Below, piece by piece: positions 1-11,900 of a stretch of DNA of 35,351 bases. The translations under genes and the position numbers were made by a program. This DNA comes from Rhodoluna sp. (GTDB lineage Bacteria; Actinomycetota; Actinomycetes; Actinomycetales; Microbacteriaceae), in the NCBI GenBank assembly GCA_044361205.1, contig JBIKJD010000001.1, positions 1-35,351 of the forward strand, written 5' to 3'. Numbering within the stretch: position 1 is the stretch's first letter; each line of letters begins with the position of its first letter. The notes under the pieces are model-generated. The model searched no databases. It was not told the DNA's origin and saw only the letters and a program-made list of their open reading frames with translations.

Positions 1-1
1 G

Positions 2-1549
2 CTCGCCGCCGCACTGTCCGCAGCTGGCGTTGCCATGGTCTCCACCGGCTCCACGGCAAAAGCAATTGCTGCCGCCGGGTTTGAGGTAACCGAGGTTTCC
101 GAAGTTACCGGTTTCCCGGAATCGCTCGATGGTCGCGTGAAGACCCTGCACCCAAAGATTCACGGCGGATTGCTTGCCGATATGCGTTTGCAAGCACACG
201 AGCAGCAGCTTGGTGAACTTGGAATCGAAGCCTTCGAACTTGTCGTTGTGAACCTATACCCGTTCATTCAGACCGTGGCATCAGGTGCCAAAGGTGAAGA
301 CGTGGTCGATCAGATCGACATTGGTGGCCCAGCCATGGTTCGCGCCTCGGCAAAGAACCACGCCAACGTTGCCATTGTCGTTGACCCAACGAAATACGGA
401 GAAATCATCGAGGCCCTGGAGGCAGGTGGAACCACCTTATTGCAGAGACGTTCCCTAGCTTCCGTGGCCTTTGCTCACACCGCCCGCTACGACTCCGCTG
501 TTGCAGACTGGTTCGGTTCCGAACTGTCCACCGCGTGGATGAGCGAAGCAGGTCAGAGCGACAGCAACGAGCACAAGAACCCTGGCTTCGTTCAGAACCT
601 AGTTGTCGAAGCGGAACTAGTCAATATCCTTCGCTACGGCGAAAACGCTCATCAGGCTGCGGCCCTCTACAAGTCAAAGGGCGAAGGTTCGGTTTCCGGA
701 ATCGCTCAGGCGAAACAGCTCGGCGGCAAGGAGATGAGCTACAACAACTTCGTTGACGCCGACGCGGCGGTACGCTCGGCCTACGACCACACCGAGCCAG
801 CGGTTGCCATCATCAAGCACGCCAATCCTTGCGGAATCGCGATCGCTTCCAGTGATGCCGAAGACCCAATCGCCGAGGCTCACGCCAAGGCTCACCTCTG
901 CGACCCAATGTCGGCATTCGGTGGCGTGGTAGCTGCCAACCGCCCTGTCACCTTGGCCATGGCTGAACAGCTCAACGGCATCTTCACCGAAGTCATTGTT
1001 GCCCCTGGCTACGAGCTCGCCGCCCTGCAACTTTTGCTGGCTAAGACCAACCTGCGCGTTCTGGAACTGCCTGCCAACTACTCCCGCGAACAGTTCGAAA
1101 TCAAACAGATTTCTGGCGGGTTGCTGGTTCAAAACCCAGACGTCTTCGACTCCCTCAACATTTCCAACTGGAAACTAGTTGCTGGACCAAAAGCGGATCC
1201 GGCAACGTTGCAAGACCTTGCGTTCGCTTGGCGTGCCTGCCGAGCCGTGAAGTCAAACGGAATTCTGCTTGCCAAAGACGGCGCCTCAGTTGGTGTGGGT
1301 ATGGGTCAGGTCAACCGCGTCGACAGTTGCCGTTTGGCGATTGACCGAGCCGACCACCGCGCCAAAGATTCCGTCGCGGCTTCAGACGCCTTCTTCCCGT
1401 TCAAGGACGGAGTTGAACTACTAATCGAAGCGGGGGTGCGAGCCATCGTGCAACCGGGTGGTTCGATGCGCGACCAAGAGGTAATCGATGCGGCTAAGGC
1501 AGCTGGAGTCACGATGTACTTCACCGGCGAACGCCACTTTTTTCACTAA
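2..1549 (+). CDS. purH: Bifunctional AICAR transformylase/IMP cyclohydrolase (5' end outside window)
   Basis: Frame open from position 2 ([18 protein letters not shown]). Motifs [57 protein letters not shown]. Confidence 0.97.
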   Translation, partial: LAAALSAAGVAMVSTGSTAKAIAAAGFEVTEVSEVTGFPESLDGRVKTLHPKIHGGLLADMRLQAHEQQLGELGIEAFELVVVNLYPFIQTVASGAKGEDVVDQIDIGGPAMVRASAKNHANVAIVVDPTKYGEIIEALEAGGTTLLQRRSLASVAFAHTARYDSAVADWFGSELSTAWMSEAGQSDSNEHKNPGFVQNLVVEAELVNILRYGENAHQAAALYKSKGEGSVSGIAQAKQLGGKEMSYNNFVDADAAVRSAYDHTEPAVAIIKHANPCGIAIASSDAEDPIAEAHAKAHLCDPMSAFGGVVAANRPVTLAMAEQLNGIFTEVIVAPGYELAALQLLLAKTNLRVLELPANYSREQFEIKQISGGLLVQNPDVFDSLNISNWKLVAGPKADPATLQDLAFAWRACRAVKSNGILLAKDGASVGVGMGQVNRVDSCRLAIDRADHRAKDSVAASDAFFPFKDGVELLIEAGVRAIVQPGGSMRDQEVIDAAKAAGVTMYFTGERHFFH

Positions 1550-1554
1550 ACAAT

Positions 1555-1560
1555 TAGGCT
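1555..1560 (+). promoter_or_regulatory. Putative -10 box (TAGGCT), leaderless icd transcript
   Basis: TANNNT hexamer 7 nt before the ATG at 1568. The same geometry recurs at several gene starts in the window. Confidence 0.55.
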
Positions 1561-1567
1561 AGGAACC

Positions 1568-2785
1568 ATGACAAAAATCAAAGTTGTAGGCAAAGTCGTC
1601 GAACTAGACGGCGACGAAATGACCCGAATTATTTGGCAGAACATCAAGGATCACCTGATTCTGCCTTTTCTAGATGTAGACCTCGAGTACTACGATCTTT
1701 CAATTGAGAACCGCGACGCCACCGACGACCAGGTGACAATCGACGCGGCTCACGCAATCAAGAAGCATGGCGTTGGTGTGAAGTGCGCCACCATCACCCC
1801 GGACGAAGCGCGCGTTGAAGAGTTCAAGCTAAAGAAGATGTGGAAGAGCCCAAACGGCACCATCCGTAACATCCTCGACGGCGTTGTGTTCCGCGAGCCA
1901 ATCATCATCTCAAACGTTCCTCGTTTGGTGCCTGGCTGGACCAAGCCAATCATCATCGGTCGTCACGCTCACGGCGACCAGTACAAGGCAACCGACTTCA
2001 AGGTTCCAGGTGCCGGCCGCGTAACCATCACCTGGACTCCAGCCGACGGCGGCGAGGCTGTTACCCAGACCATCGCTGACTATCCAGAGCACGGTGGCGT
2101 TGCCATGGGTATGTACAACTACATGGATTCGATTCGCGACTTCGCTCGTGCGAGCTTCAACTACGGTCTAAGCCGCAACTACCCGGTTTACCTTTCAACC
2201 AAGAACACCATCTTGAAGGCCTACGACGGCGCTTTCAAAGACGCTTTCCAGGAAGTCTTCGACGCCGAATACGCCGACCGCTTCAAGGCTGCCGGAATCA
2301 CCTATGAACACCGTCTAATCGACGACATGGTAGCTGCAGCTCTCAAGTGGGAGGGTGGCTACGTTTGGGCCTGTAAGAACTACGACGGCGACGTTCAGTC
2401 GGACACCGTTGCTCAAGGGTTCGGCTCACTAGGTCTAATGACCTCGGTGCTAACCACCCCAGATGGCAAGACCACTTTGGCAGAAGCAGCTCACGGAACC
2501 GTGACCCGTCACTACCGCGAGTACCAGGCTGGCAAGTCAACCTCGACCAATCCGATCGCTTCGATCTTCGCTTGGACTCGTGCACTAATTGCCCGCGCCG
2601 AGATTGATGGCACTCCCGAGGTTCGCAAGTTTGCGGAAACTCTTGAGGACGTCATCGTGAAGACCGTTGAGGCTGGCGACATGACCAAGGACCTTGCAGC
2701 ACTAGTTGGCAAGAGCCAGGCATTCCAACGCACCGACGACTTCATGTCTTCGATTGCTAGCAACCTAAAGGCTCGTTTGGCCTAA
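1568..2785 (+). CDS. icd: NADP-dependent isocitrate dehydrogenase (type II)
   Basis: [56 protein letters not shown]. Confidence 0.98.
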   Translation: MTKIKVVGKVVELDGDEMTRIIWQNIKDHLILPFLDVDLEYYDLSIENRDATDDQVTIDAAHAIKKHGVGVKCATITPDEARVEEFKLKKMWKSPNGTIRNILDGVVFREPIIISNVPRLVPGWTKPIIIGRHAHGDQYKATDFKVPGAGRVTITWTPADGGEAVTQTIADYPEHGGVAMGMYNYMDSIRDFARASFNYGLSRNYPVYLSTKNTILKAYDGAFKDAFQEVFDAEYADRFKAAGITYEHRLIDDMVAAALKWEGGYVWACKNYDGDVQSDTVAQGFGSLGLMTSVLTTPDGKTTLAEAAHGTVTRHYREYQAGKSTSTNPIASIFAWTRALIARAEIDGTPEVRKFAETLEDVIVKTVEAGDMTKDLAALVGKSQAFQRTDDFMSSIASNLKARLA

Positions 2786-2798
2786 AAAGCTTTACCCG

Positions 2799-2833
2799 GA
2801 AAAGCCCCCAAAACGAACTTTTGGGGGCTTTTC
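2799..2833. terminator. Intrinsic, probably bidirectional terminator after icd
   Basis: Perfect 15-bp inverted repeat gaaaagcccccaaaa / ttttgggggcttttc with a 5-nt loop and A/T tracts at the stem ends. Confidence 0.9.
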
Positions 2834-2982
2834 TAGAACTCTGTTTTAATAGCAACCTTGTCCGCGTAAAGTAACCATTTTTTATTCGTAAGAGCGAATA
2901 CCAGACCACCACCCTTCAGGTTGATTTTGTATTCTCAAGGTTGAACTTTTTGTAGTCGGCTTTAGAACAAGGGTAAAAATAC

Positions 2983-5900
2983 GTGAAACTTCGGGGACTT
3001 AAGTCTGCTCTGCACCTTCTACTTTCAACTGCCGTAGCAGTTACCAGCCTGTCCCTCACCCCGATGGTTGCCCAGGCCGACACAGCTACTAACATCGCAC
3101 CTAACCCAGAAATGGTTTGCGACACCACAACCTGCACCATGACTTTTCCATACGTTGCTGGGAAGTACTACGTCTACACACCTCCACAGGGTGCCGAAGT
3201 GACCATTAGAGTGACAGGAGGTGCCGGAGGAACTGGTGGTGGTGATGCCTGGAATGGCGGCGGTGCTGGCGCAACGGGATCCCGAGTTTCAACTACTTTG
3301 GTCACTAGCCTAAGTGGTACAGTTCTGAAGATTTATCCAGGTTCCGCGGGTGGTGCCGGTTGGTCTGGCGCCGCCACCGGTGGCGGAGCTGGTGGTCTTT
3401 CAACTTTTGGAAACTACAACGGCGGACGCGGTGGAAACGCCTGTAATGAGGGTGGCTCCGGTGGTGGTGGCGGCGGAGGTGCCGCATCGCTAGTACAAAT
3501 CGACGAATCCACCGACCGAATTATTGCCGCCGGTGGTGGTGGTGGTGCTGGTGCTAGCCAGTATCGCTGGGGCGCTGCCGGAAACGGTGTTTCGGGTGTT
3601 GCTGGAACGACCGCAGGTGGTGCTGGTGGTTCCATGTCAGGCTGTGACGGTGCAGGGGCAGGTGCCGGTGGCGGCGGGCTCCTTGGCGGCACGGGTGGTT
3701 GGATGGCCGGCTATGACTGGCCTCAAGGTCAGAAGGCTGAATGGTACGGAACCGGTGGTTACACCGGAACCTCTGGAGGACCAACTGGCTCGACCGTAAC
3801 CAACAACGTTGCTGGAGCAACTGGGCACGGTTCGGTAGTGGTCAGCTTCCTGAACCTATTTGCCAACATTTCCTCGGCCAGCAATTTCGAGAAGGCGGCC
3901 GACGTTACTTTTAATGTCACGTTCCCACGCGAAGTCACCGGCTTGACCATCGAAGATTTTGAACTCGACACCGCTCGCACGACCGCAACTGGATGTACTG
4001 CTCCGAGCGCTCTGGTCGGAACCGGCACCACTTACTCGGTGAAAGTTACGGGCTGTTCCGAAGGCGCGCTGGCAATCAAGCTACGAGACAAAGCCGCAAT
4101 CGACACCCAGGGGCTAGAGAGCTGGCTTAGTTTCTCGAACTTGGTAACCATTGACCGCACGGCGGCAAGCCTATCGATCACGTCACCAGCCACACCGAGC
4201 AATGCAACCACCTTGAACTATTCGGTGGTAACCAACGAGGCGCTAACTTCTGAAACTCTAACTACCAGCGATTTCACCGTGACTGGAGCGGGCTGTGCGG
4301 TGAGCGCGGTTACCTCGCCAACGTCTCCGGCCATTTCTCCATACACAGTTGCTGTGACGGGTTGTGCTACCGGTCAATCGGCTGCAGTTACGTTGAAATC
4401 TGGAAGCGCTACCGATCTTGCTGGTAACGCTAGCCCAACAGCGAACGTGACTTCTACCGCCGTTACTACCGACTACAACGCTCCAGGCGGATCCTTTGTG
4501 GTTCCGAGCTACACAAGCACCACGTTGGCAACCAACTACTTCACCTTCCTAACCAACGAAAACATCGCTCCAGCTTCGTTGGCGGCGGCTGATTTTGAAA
4601 ACGCAGGTACCGCAACGGGATGTGTCTTCACACCTACCCTTGATAGCCGCACAATCACTCTGGCGGTTTCATCGTGTAGCACTGGAACTCTGATTCCACG
4701 CCTGAAGCAGAATTCCCTTACAGACTTGAGCGGCAACAACGGTCCTGCCGCAGCAATCACCGGCCCAACTCTCACCATTGATAGAAGTGTGGCAACGGCA
4801 ACCATTACCGCTGCAGTGGCCACCACTCCAACTAATGCCAAGACTCCTCTTGCATATACCGTTGCTTTCAATGAACCAATTTCCGAGCTAACAGTTGCCG
4901 ACTTCAGCAACACTGGTACTGCGACTGGATGTGTATTTACCTCGACTCTTTCTGCAGACCGTCGCTCGGCAGCGATTACCGCATCCTTCTGTTCGGATGG
5001 AACGGTAATCCCAACCTTGGCGGCGCGCTCTGTAACTGATGCTGCCGGAAATCTAGCTCCAGCTGCTGTGGTTTCAGCCACAGCAATAACCTTGGACCGC
5101 ACCCCGGTTTCCGTGGTCAGTTCAACCACGGCAGTCACCTCGCCAACCAAAAACAGCACCATCGTCTACAACATGACCATGAGCGAGCTTTGGACAAACT
5201 CGCTCACAGCAGCTGACTTCACAAACGTTGGAACTGCAACCGGTTGTTCGATTGCTATTGCTTGGGTGAGCGGAACCACCATTAGCGTAACGGTTACCAA
5301 CTGTTCGACTTCGGGAACCCTAAAACCGGTTCTCGCTGCAAAGAGCTTCACCGATGCTGTTGGAAACCTTTCTCCAGAAGCGGCGTACACCTTGCCGGAA
5401 CTTGTAATCGACCGAGTTGCGCCAACCGTAACCGCGGGCACTGCTCCTGGTGCGACTGTGGAAACGCTTGGAGCGTTGACCTGGAACTACAGTTTCAGCG
5501 AACCGATGTTGGCATCAAGCATCACTGCTGCCGACTTCAGTAACGTTGCTGCAAGCCCAGCTGCCACTGGGTGTGTGTTTACACCGACGCTTGCGGGCAA
5601 TGGCTTGTCGCTAAGCGTAACCGCAACCAACTGTTCCGAAGGAAACGTAAAGTTGCGTTTGGCTTCTGGAAGCGTCAGCGATCCTGCCGGGAATACGGCA
5701 CCGGCTGCGGCTCTTGATTCCGCCGATACTTCGTTGATAAACACCACTCCACGCGTAAGCTTCACTGCAGTCCCAGCTGCCAACACCAACGCCACGAGTT
5801 TGTCTTATACAGCCACCTTCTCTGAATCGGTGAAGGGTGCAATCGCTTCAGCATTTGAAGTAACCGGAACCGCCACTGGTTGTCAGTTGGCTTCTTCGGT

Positions 5901-8900
5901 AGCATCGGCTGAAACTGCCGTAACCAGTGCGACCCTTACAGTCACCGGCTGTTCCGAGGGAACCGTAATTGTGGCTGCCAAGGCTCGAACACTAACCGAT
6001 GTTTCAACCGCTCTCCGTGTTGGTCCAGACGCTAAGACAAGTGCCAGCGCTGTAGCTATCGATCGAACTGCCCCTGCCGCAACATTCAGCCCAACCACGC
6101 CGATCAATGGCGCAGTTGGTGCGGTTCCACTTTCCTTTACCGTGAAGTTCAGTGAACCAATTGCGCCAGCCTCGCTGGTGGCAGCAGACTTTGCGAATGG
6201 AGCCAGTGCTCCCGTTGCGTCGAGCTGTGTTTTCGCTCCAGTGGTTTCAGCAGACGGCCGTTCGGCAGTTGTAACCGTGACTGGGTGCGGCACAGGCAAC
6301 TTGCTTCCGCAGTTGAGTGATTCTTCAGGTAAAACTTTCTCCGACCTGGCCGGGAACGTTTCCGCTACAACAGCCATCAAGCTGACCGCAACTGCATCGG
6401 CAACCACCCCTTTGACCATCGTCGTTGATCGCTCGCCGGCCACGGCAACGTTGGTGGCTTCGCCTAACACCTCTCCAACAGCCGCAGCGGACCTAACCTA
6501 TAACCTGACCTTTAACGAGGCGGTTACTGGGCTTACTGCGAGTGACTTCACAAACGCCGGTACCGCAACCGGTTGTGTTTTTGCCCCAGCAACAGCAAAC
6601 CCGGCTGCAGGCGCAGCGGTTGTAGTTACGGTTTCTGGCTGTAGCTCGGGAACTGTTGTTCTAACTTTGGCTTCGGGTTCGGTAAACGACCTAGTTGGCA
6701 CTGCTTCTCCAGCCGCGAACCTGGTGGCTGCTGGCCTGACCGTTGACAAAACTGGCCCAACGGTTACCTTAACTTCTGCTACAACTGCTAGCACTAACGC
6801 TTCGGCGATTACCCTAGTAGCAACATTTAACGAACCAACCTCGAACATTGTGGCAGCGGACTTTGAAAATGCCGGAACTGCAACTGGTTGTGTTTTCGCA
6901 CCGGCTGCTGCAACTGCGTCTAACGCGGTAAACCTGCTTGTAACCGGTTGTTCCGAGGGAACTTTGCAACCTCGTCTAAAGGCTGCTTCAGTTACCGATG
7001 CTCTTGGTAACACTGGACCAGCGGTTGCCTCTGCGCTTGCGTCACCGATTACCATCGACAAATCCGCTCCAGCGGCAACAATTGTCCCGGTCACCGTTTC
7101 CCCGACTAACGCCACAACTCTCAGTTACACCGTGAACTTCACGGATGCGGTTTCCGGCATTGCCGCCGCTGATTTCTCAAACGCGGCAACTACCGGAGCT
7201 GCTACCGGATGTGTGTTCACCCCGTCGGCTGCGTCTGGCACATCGGTTACCGTAAACGTTACTAACTGCTCGGCGGGAAGCGTAACTCTAAAGCTTGCTG
7301 CTGATGGGGTAACCAACTTGGTTTCCCAAACTGGTCCCACTGTGGCTGTTGAGGCAACCCCAATCTCGATTGACCGAACCGTGCCTACCGCCATGGTCAT
7401 TGCACCGATCACGCCAAACAACTCGGTAAATCAGGAGTTCCGTCTGACCTTCGGTGAAGCAATTACGGGATTGACCCTGAGTGATCTTTCAATCACTGGA
7501 GCTTCGGGTTGCGCTCCAGCGCTTACCAACGTAACTGCCACTGGCGCGACACTCACACTAAGTAACTGCGCCCCTGGTCTACTAAGAGTTGCACTGGCTA
7601 AAGATTCGATTTCTGACCTTCACGGAAACCTAGGGCCCAGCTCTGAGGTTGTAACCGAGGTTGGTATCGATCGTCTACCTCCAGTTTTCACAATCAATGC
7701 GCCTTCTTCACCAAACTCTGGAACGACGCTGACCTATTCGGTTGCAGTTAATGAAACCCTTAGCCCTGGAAGCCTGACTGTTTCCGATTTCGTAGTTACA
7801 GGTGAAGGTTGCCGCATTGGAACCCTTTCGAATCCAGTTAATGGCATCAGTCCATTTACTGTGACCGTTACCGGCTGTGTCGATGGCGCAACTTCAGTTG
7901 TGTCCATCCCAGCTAGATCATCAAGCGACCTAGCGCTAAACCTTGGGCCGGCTACAACCGCCAGCTCGTCGCCGGTAATCAGCGACAGAACCAAGCCGAA
8001 CTCGTCGATTTCGACATCGTTCCCAAGCACCACCAACGCTTCAATCATCAGCTACACAATCGTCACTGATGAAGAGCTAAACCCCGCATCGGTGACGGCA
8101 GCAGACTTTGCGAACGCTGCTACTGCACCGGCCGCTACTGGTTGTGTGTTCAGCCCATACGTTGTTGGTAAGACCATTACGGTTACCATCACTGGCTGTT
8201 CTGCCGGAAAAGTTGTTTTGAGACAGTCTGCTGATTCCATGGCAGACGTTGCTGGAAACACTGGACCAGCAACTTTGAAGACCGGTCCTGAAATCCTGAT
8301 TGACCGCACTGCACCAACTGCGAGCCTTGCGGCGGCTGTGACCACCTCTCCATCGCCTGCGACCTCTTTCATCTATAACGCCACTTTCAATGAAGCTGTG
8401 TCCGGTTTGACATCAAGTGACTTCACCAACGCCGGTACCGCTACCGGTTGTGTCTTCACCCCGACCATGGCCGTGAACAACCTGAGTGCAACAGTTGCGA
8501 TTACCGGATGTTCTGAGGGAACTCTGATCCCAACCCAGGCCGCTGCGAGCGTTGCAGACCTAGCGGGAAACACTGCCCCTGCTAATGCAATAACCATGCC
8601 AACCATCACGATTGACCGCACTGCGGCAACCGCGACCCTCACCACTGCGGTGACTTCGCCTGTCAACTCCACTTCAATCGTTTACACAGCTACCTTTAGT
8701 GAGGCTGTGACCGGTTTGGCTAGCGCCGACTTCACAAACGGTGGAACCGCCACGGGCTGTGCCTTCGCAGTTGCCGGCAGCGGAACTACCTACACCGTAA
8801 CCGTTACGTCGTGTTCGACCGCTGGAACTCTGCGCCCAACGCTCGCCCAGAACGGTGTGACCGATGGCGCCAACACCGCACCTGCAGTTGCCGTTAGCGG

Positions 8901-11900
8901 AAGCGAGTTACTCCTGGACCGCGTTGCTCCGGCTGCGCCGACCGTAGCGCTGACAACAGTTGTAGCCGGCACGGTGATAACCGTTACTCCACTGGTTTAC
9001 ACCTTCACCTTCACCGAGCCTCTGTCTGAAGGCTCTCTAGCTGCCACAGACTTCAAGAACGCAGCGAGCAGCCCGACTGCTGGAGGTTGTGTTTTTGCTC
9101 CCGTGCTTTCGGCTAACAAGCTGGTCGTTACTGTTACCGTAACCGGTTGTTTCGACGGCAATGTTAAGCCCGCGATTTTGGCAAATGCGGTTACCGATGT
9201 TGCTGGTAACGCAGGCCCTGCCACCGAGACTGCTATTGCATCCCAGCTTGTTATTGACACCGCTCCTAGAGCGCTGTTCACAACTGCTCCGCCCGCTCAA
9301 ACCAAAGACGCTTCGCTTAGCTACACGGTGACATTCTCCGAAAGTGTTACGGGTGTCACCCTGAGCGACTTCGCGATCACTGGAACCGCCAACGGTTGTG
9401 TACCAACGCTGAGCGCTCCAGCCAACGGCACAACGGCAACTTCAACCGCCACGCTTTCGCTGGCGAGCTGTAGCGAGGGTACCGTGATTGTGACCCTGGC
9501 TCAGAATGCTATTGCTGCAAATACTGGTGGGGCAAGCGGGCCAGCTGCAAATGTGTTGAGCACAGTGACTGTTGATCGTTCACCAGCAACTGCAACCATT
9601 GCTGCGGTTGGAACCATCACCAACCCAACTGGTGCCGCACCTATGACCTTCAAGGTGACCTTCAATGAACCAGTTAACCCAAGCACTTTGGTTGCCAGCG
9701 ACTTCAGCAACACAGCTGGTGCTCCGGTTGCTTCTGGCTGTGTGTTTGGTGCTCCGGTTGTTGCGGCCGATGGTCGCTCAGCAGAAGTAACAGTTTCCAA
9801 CTGTGGTTCGGGCGGAGTAAACCCGACACTGGCCATGAGTTCTGTCACTGATTTGGCTGGCAACGTTTCGCCGGCTGCCGCAGTCAAGTTAGCGACACAA
9901 ATCGTTGTTGACAGAGTACCTCCAACCGCAACTATCACCACTGCGGTCACCACCCCAACATCGAATGCTTCGATTCCTTACACGCTTACCTTCACTGAGG
10001 CCGTCACCGGTATAACTGGGGCTGACTTCACAAACACCGGTACCGCGACTGGCTGTGTATTTGCTGTGGCAGGTAGCGGCACCACCTATACGGTCACCGC
10101 AACTGGATGTTCGACCAGTGGAACCTTGATTGTCAACGCCGTCGCAGGCGCTGGTGCGGATTCGCTCGGCATCGCTGCCCCTGCGTCAGCTGTTGTGGCT
10201 TCGACAATCACCCTTGACCGCGTAGCTCCAACAGCCACCATGACCACTGCGTCTGGTCTTGGCGTAACCGCGGGCACCGCAATCACCTACACCGTGACCT
10301 TCAACGAGGCGATTGATGGCACCACCCTAACCGCGAGTGATTTTGAGAACATCGGAACCGCGTCGGGATGTACTTTCGCAAATCCAGTCGTCGCGGCTAA
10401 CCGACTATCGGCAACCGTCCTGGTTTCTTCGTGTGCTCGTCCGTTGGGTGAAACCGCTGGTGTGACCATCGAACCTAGCCTTAAGGTGAATTCGGTAACC
10501 GATGCTTTCGGTAACGCAGGTCCGGCCATTGCTGCCACTAATGCAGCTCCGGTTTGGATTGCTGGAACCGCGAACCCAACTGGAACGATCTCCGCTCCAA
10601 GTTCCCCAACCAACAGCAACACTCAGGTGTTCACGGTGACCATGACCGACTACGTTTATACGGTCAACACTCTTAGGTACAGCAACGCTTTGGCTGGTCA
10701 ACCAGGTGCAGCTACCGGCTGTACTTTCACGGCCTCGGCTTCTGCCGCAGCAACCTACACGGTTACCGCGTCAAACTGTAGTTCAGGAAATCTGGCTCTG
10801 AAATTTGGGCCGCATGTTCCTAACGACCATGCGTCGGCTGTCTTCAACGCTGCAAACGTTTGGACTTTGCCTGGATCTCAGTTCGTTTCACCAACAGTGG
10901 TGATCGACAGGGCGCCTGCCACGGTTACTATTACTTCGGTTTACGGCGACGAGGCGAGCGTTCCTAAGTTCATGCTCGATTATTCAGAGGCCGTTAGCGG
11001 GCTCACTCTCGATGACCTCAGAGTCGTCGGAGACCCGAGGTGTCAAATTGCAATCACATCGAACAGCGAACTTTCCGCTGAAGTAACGCTAACCAACTGC
11101 ACCCCTGGCAATGTTGCGCGCCTAACTTTGGCAGCCGGGGCGCTTGCGGACCAGACCGGAAATGCAAGCCCAGTCACGGTAGTTTCTTCGGAACCAGTGA
11201 CGATACTGCTTGCCGAACAGGCACCTCTTAACCTAACAAGTAACTTTGCTACTCAGGTGCTTGGTGTCGCCGGTCAGCTCAAGGTTTCGGTACCAACAAC
11301 TGGCGTTGGCTCTGGCTCGGGAACTGGCGCTGTCACCTACAGCACCTCAACTGAGGACGTTTGTAGCATCAATGCGACGACAGGTGTAATAACCCCGTTG
11401 ACTTTGGGGGATTGTGTAGTTGAGGCAACAAAGGCGGGGGACAGCAACTTCTCATCCGCTACCTCAAACGAACTAACCATTCCTTTGACCAAGACATTGC
11501 AGGCAAGACTAAACGCCACAGCGCTTCCACAGAGTTTGGTCTATTCGCCAACTGCAACTTCGCTTCGCTCAACAATCACTATTGCAGGTGGTTCTGGAGC
11601 AGGTCCGCTAAGCACCGAAGTTTCTGAGGCCTCACAAGACATTTGTTCCATTGAGGGTCTTGTGGTCACGATGTACCTTCCCGGGGACTGTGAGATTTTG
11701 GTGACCAAGGATGGCGGCGAGCTACTTGAGGCTGCCACAGCTTTGGTTACTGTGAAGATGACTGCTGCGGCTCAAGCCGGTTTTGTTGCAGAGCCATCTG
11801 TGACATCTGTTCCATGGAACACTGATGAGGTCATTGAGGTTGTCGCACCTGAATTTGGCGTTGGCAGCGGATCTGGAAGCGGCGCGATTTCTTACGCATC

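Noticed and set aside
3214-3790. GGT/GGC runs resembling PE-PGRS, collagen or a simple-sequence contingency locus
   Set aside because: No PE domain or Gly-X-Y periodicity. Codons are mixed and in frame, explained by the Gly-rich domain.
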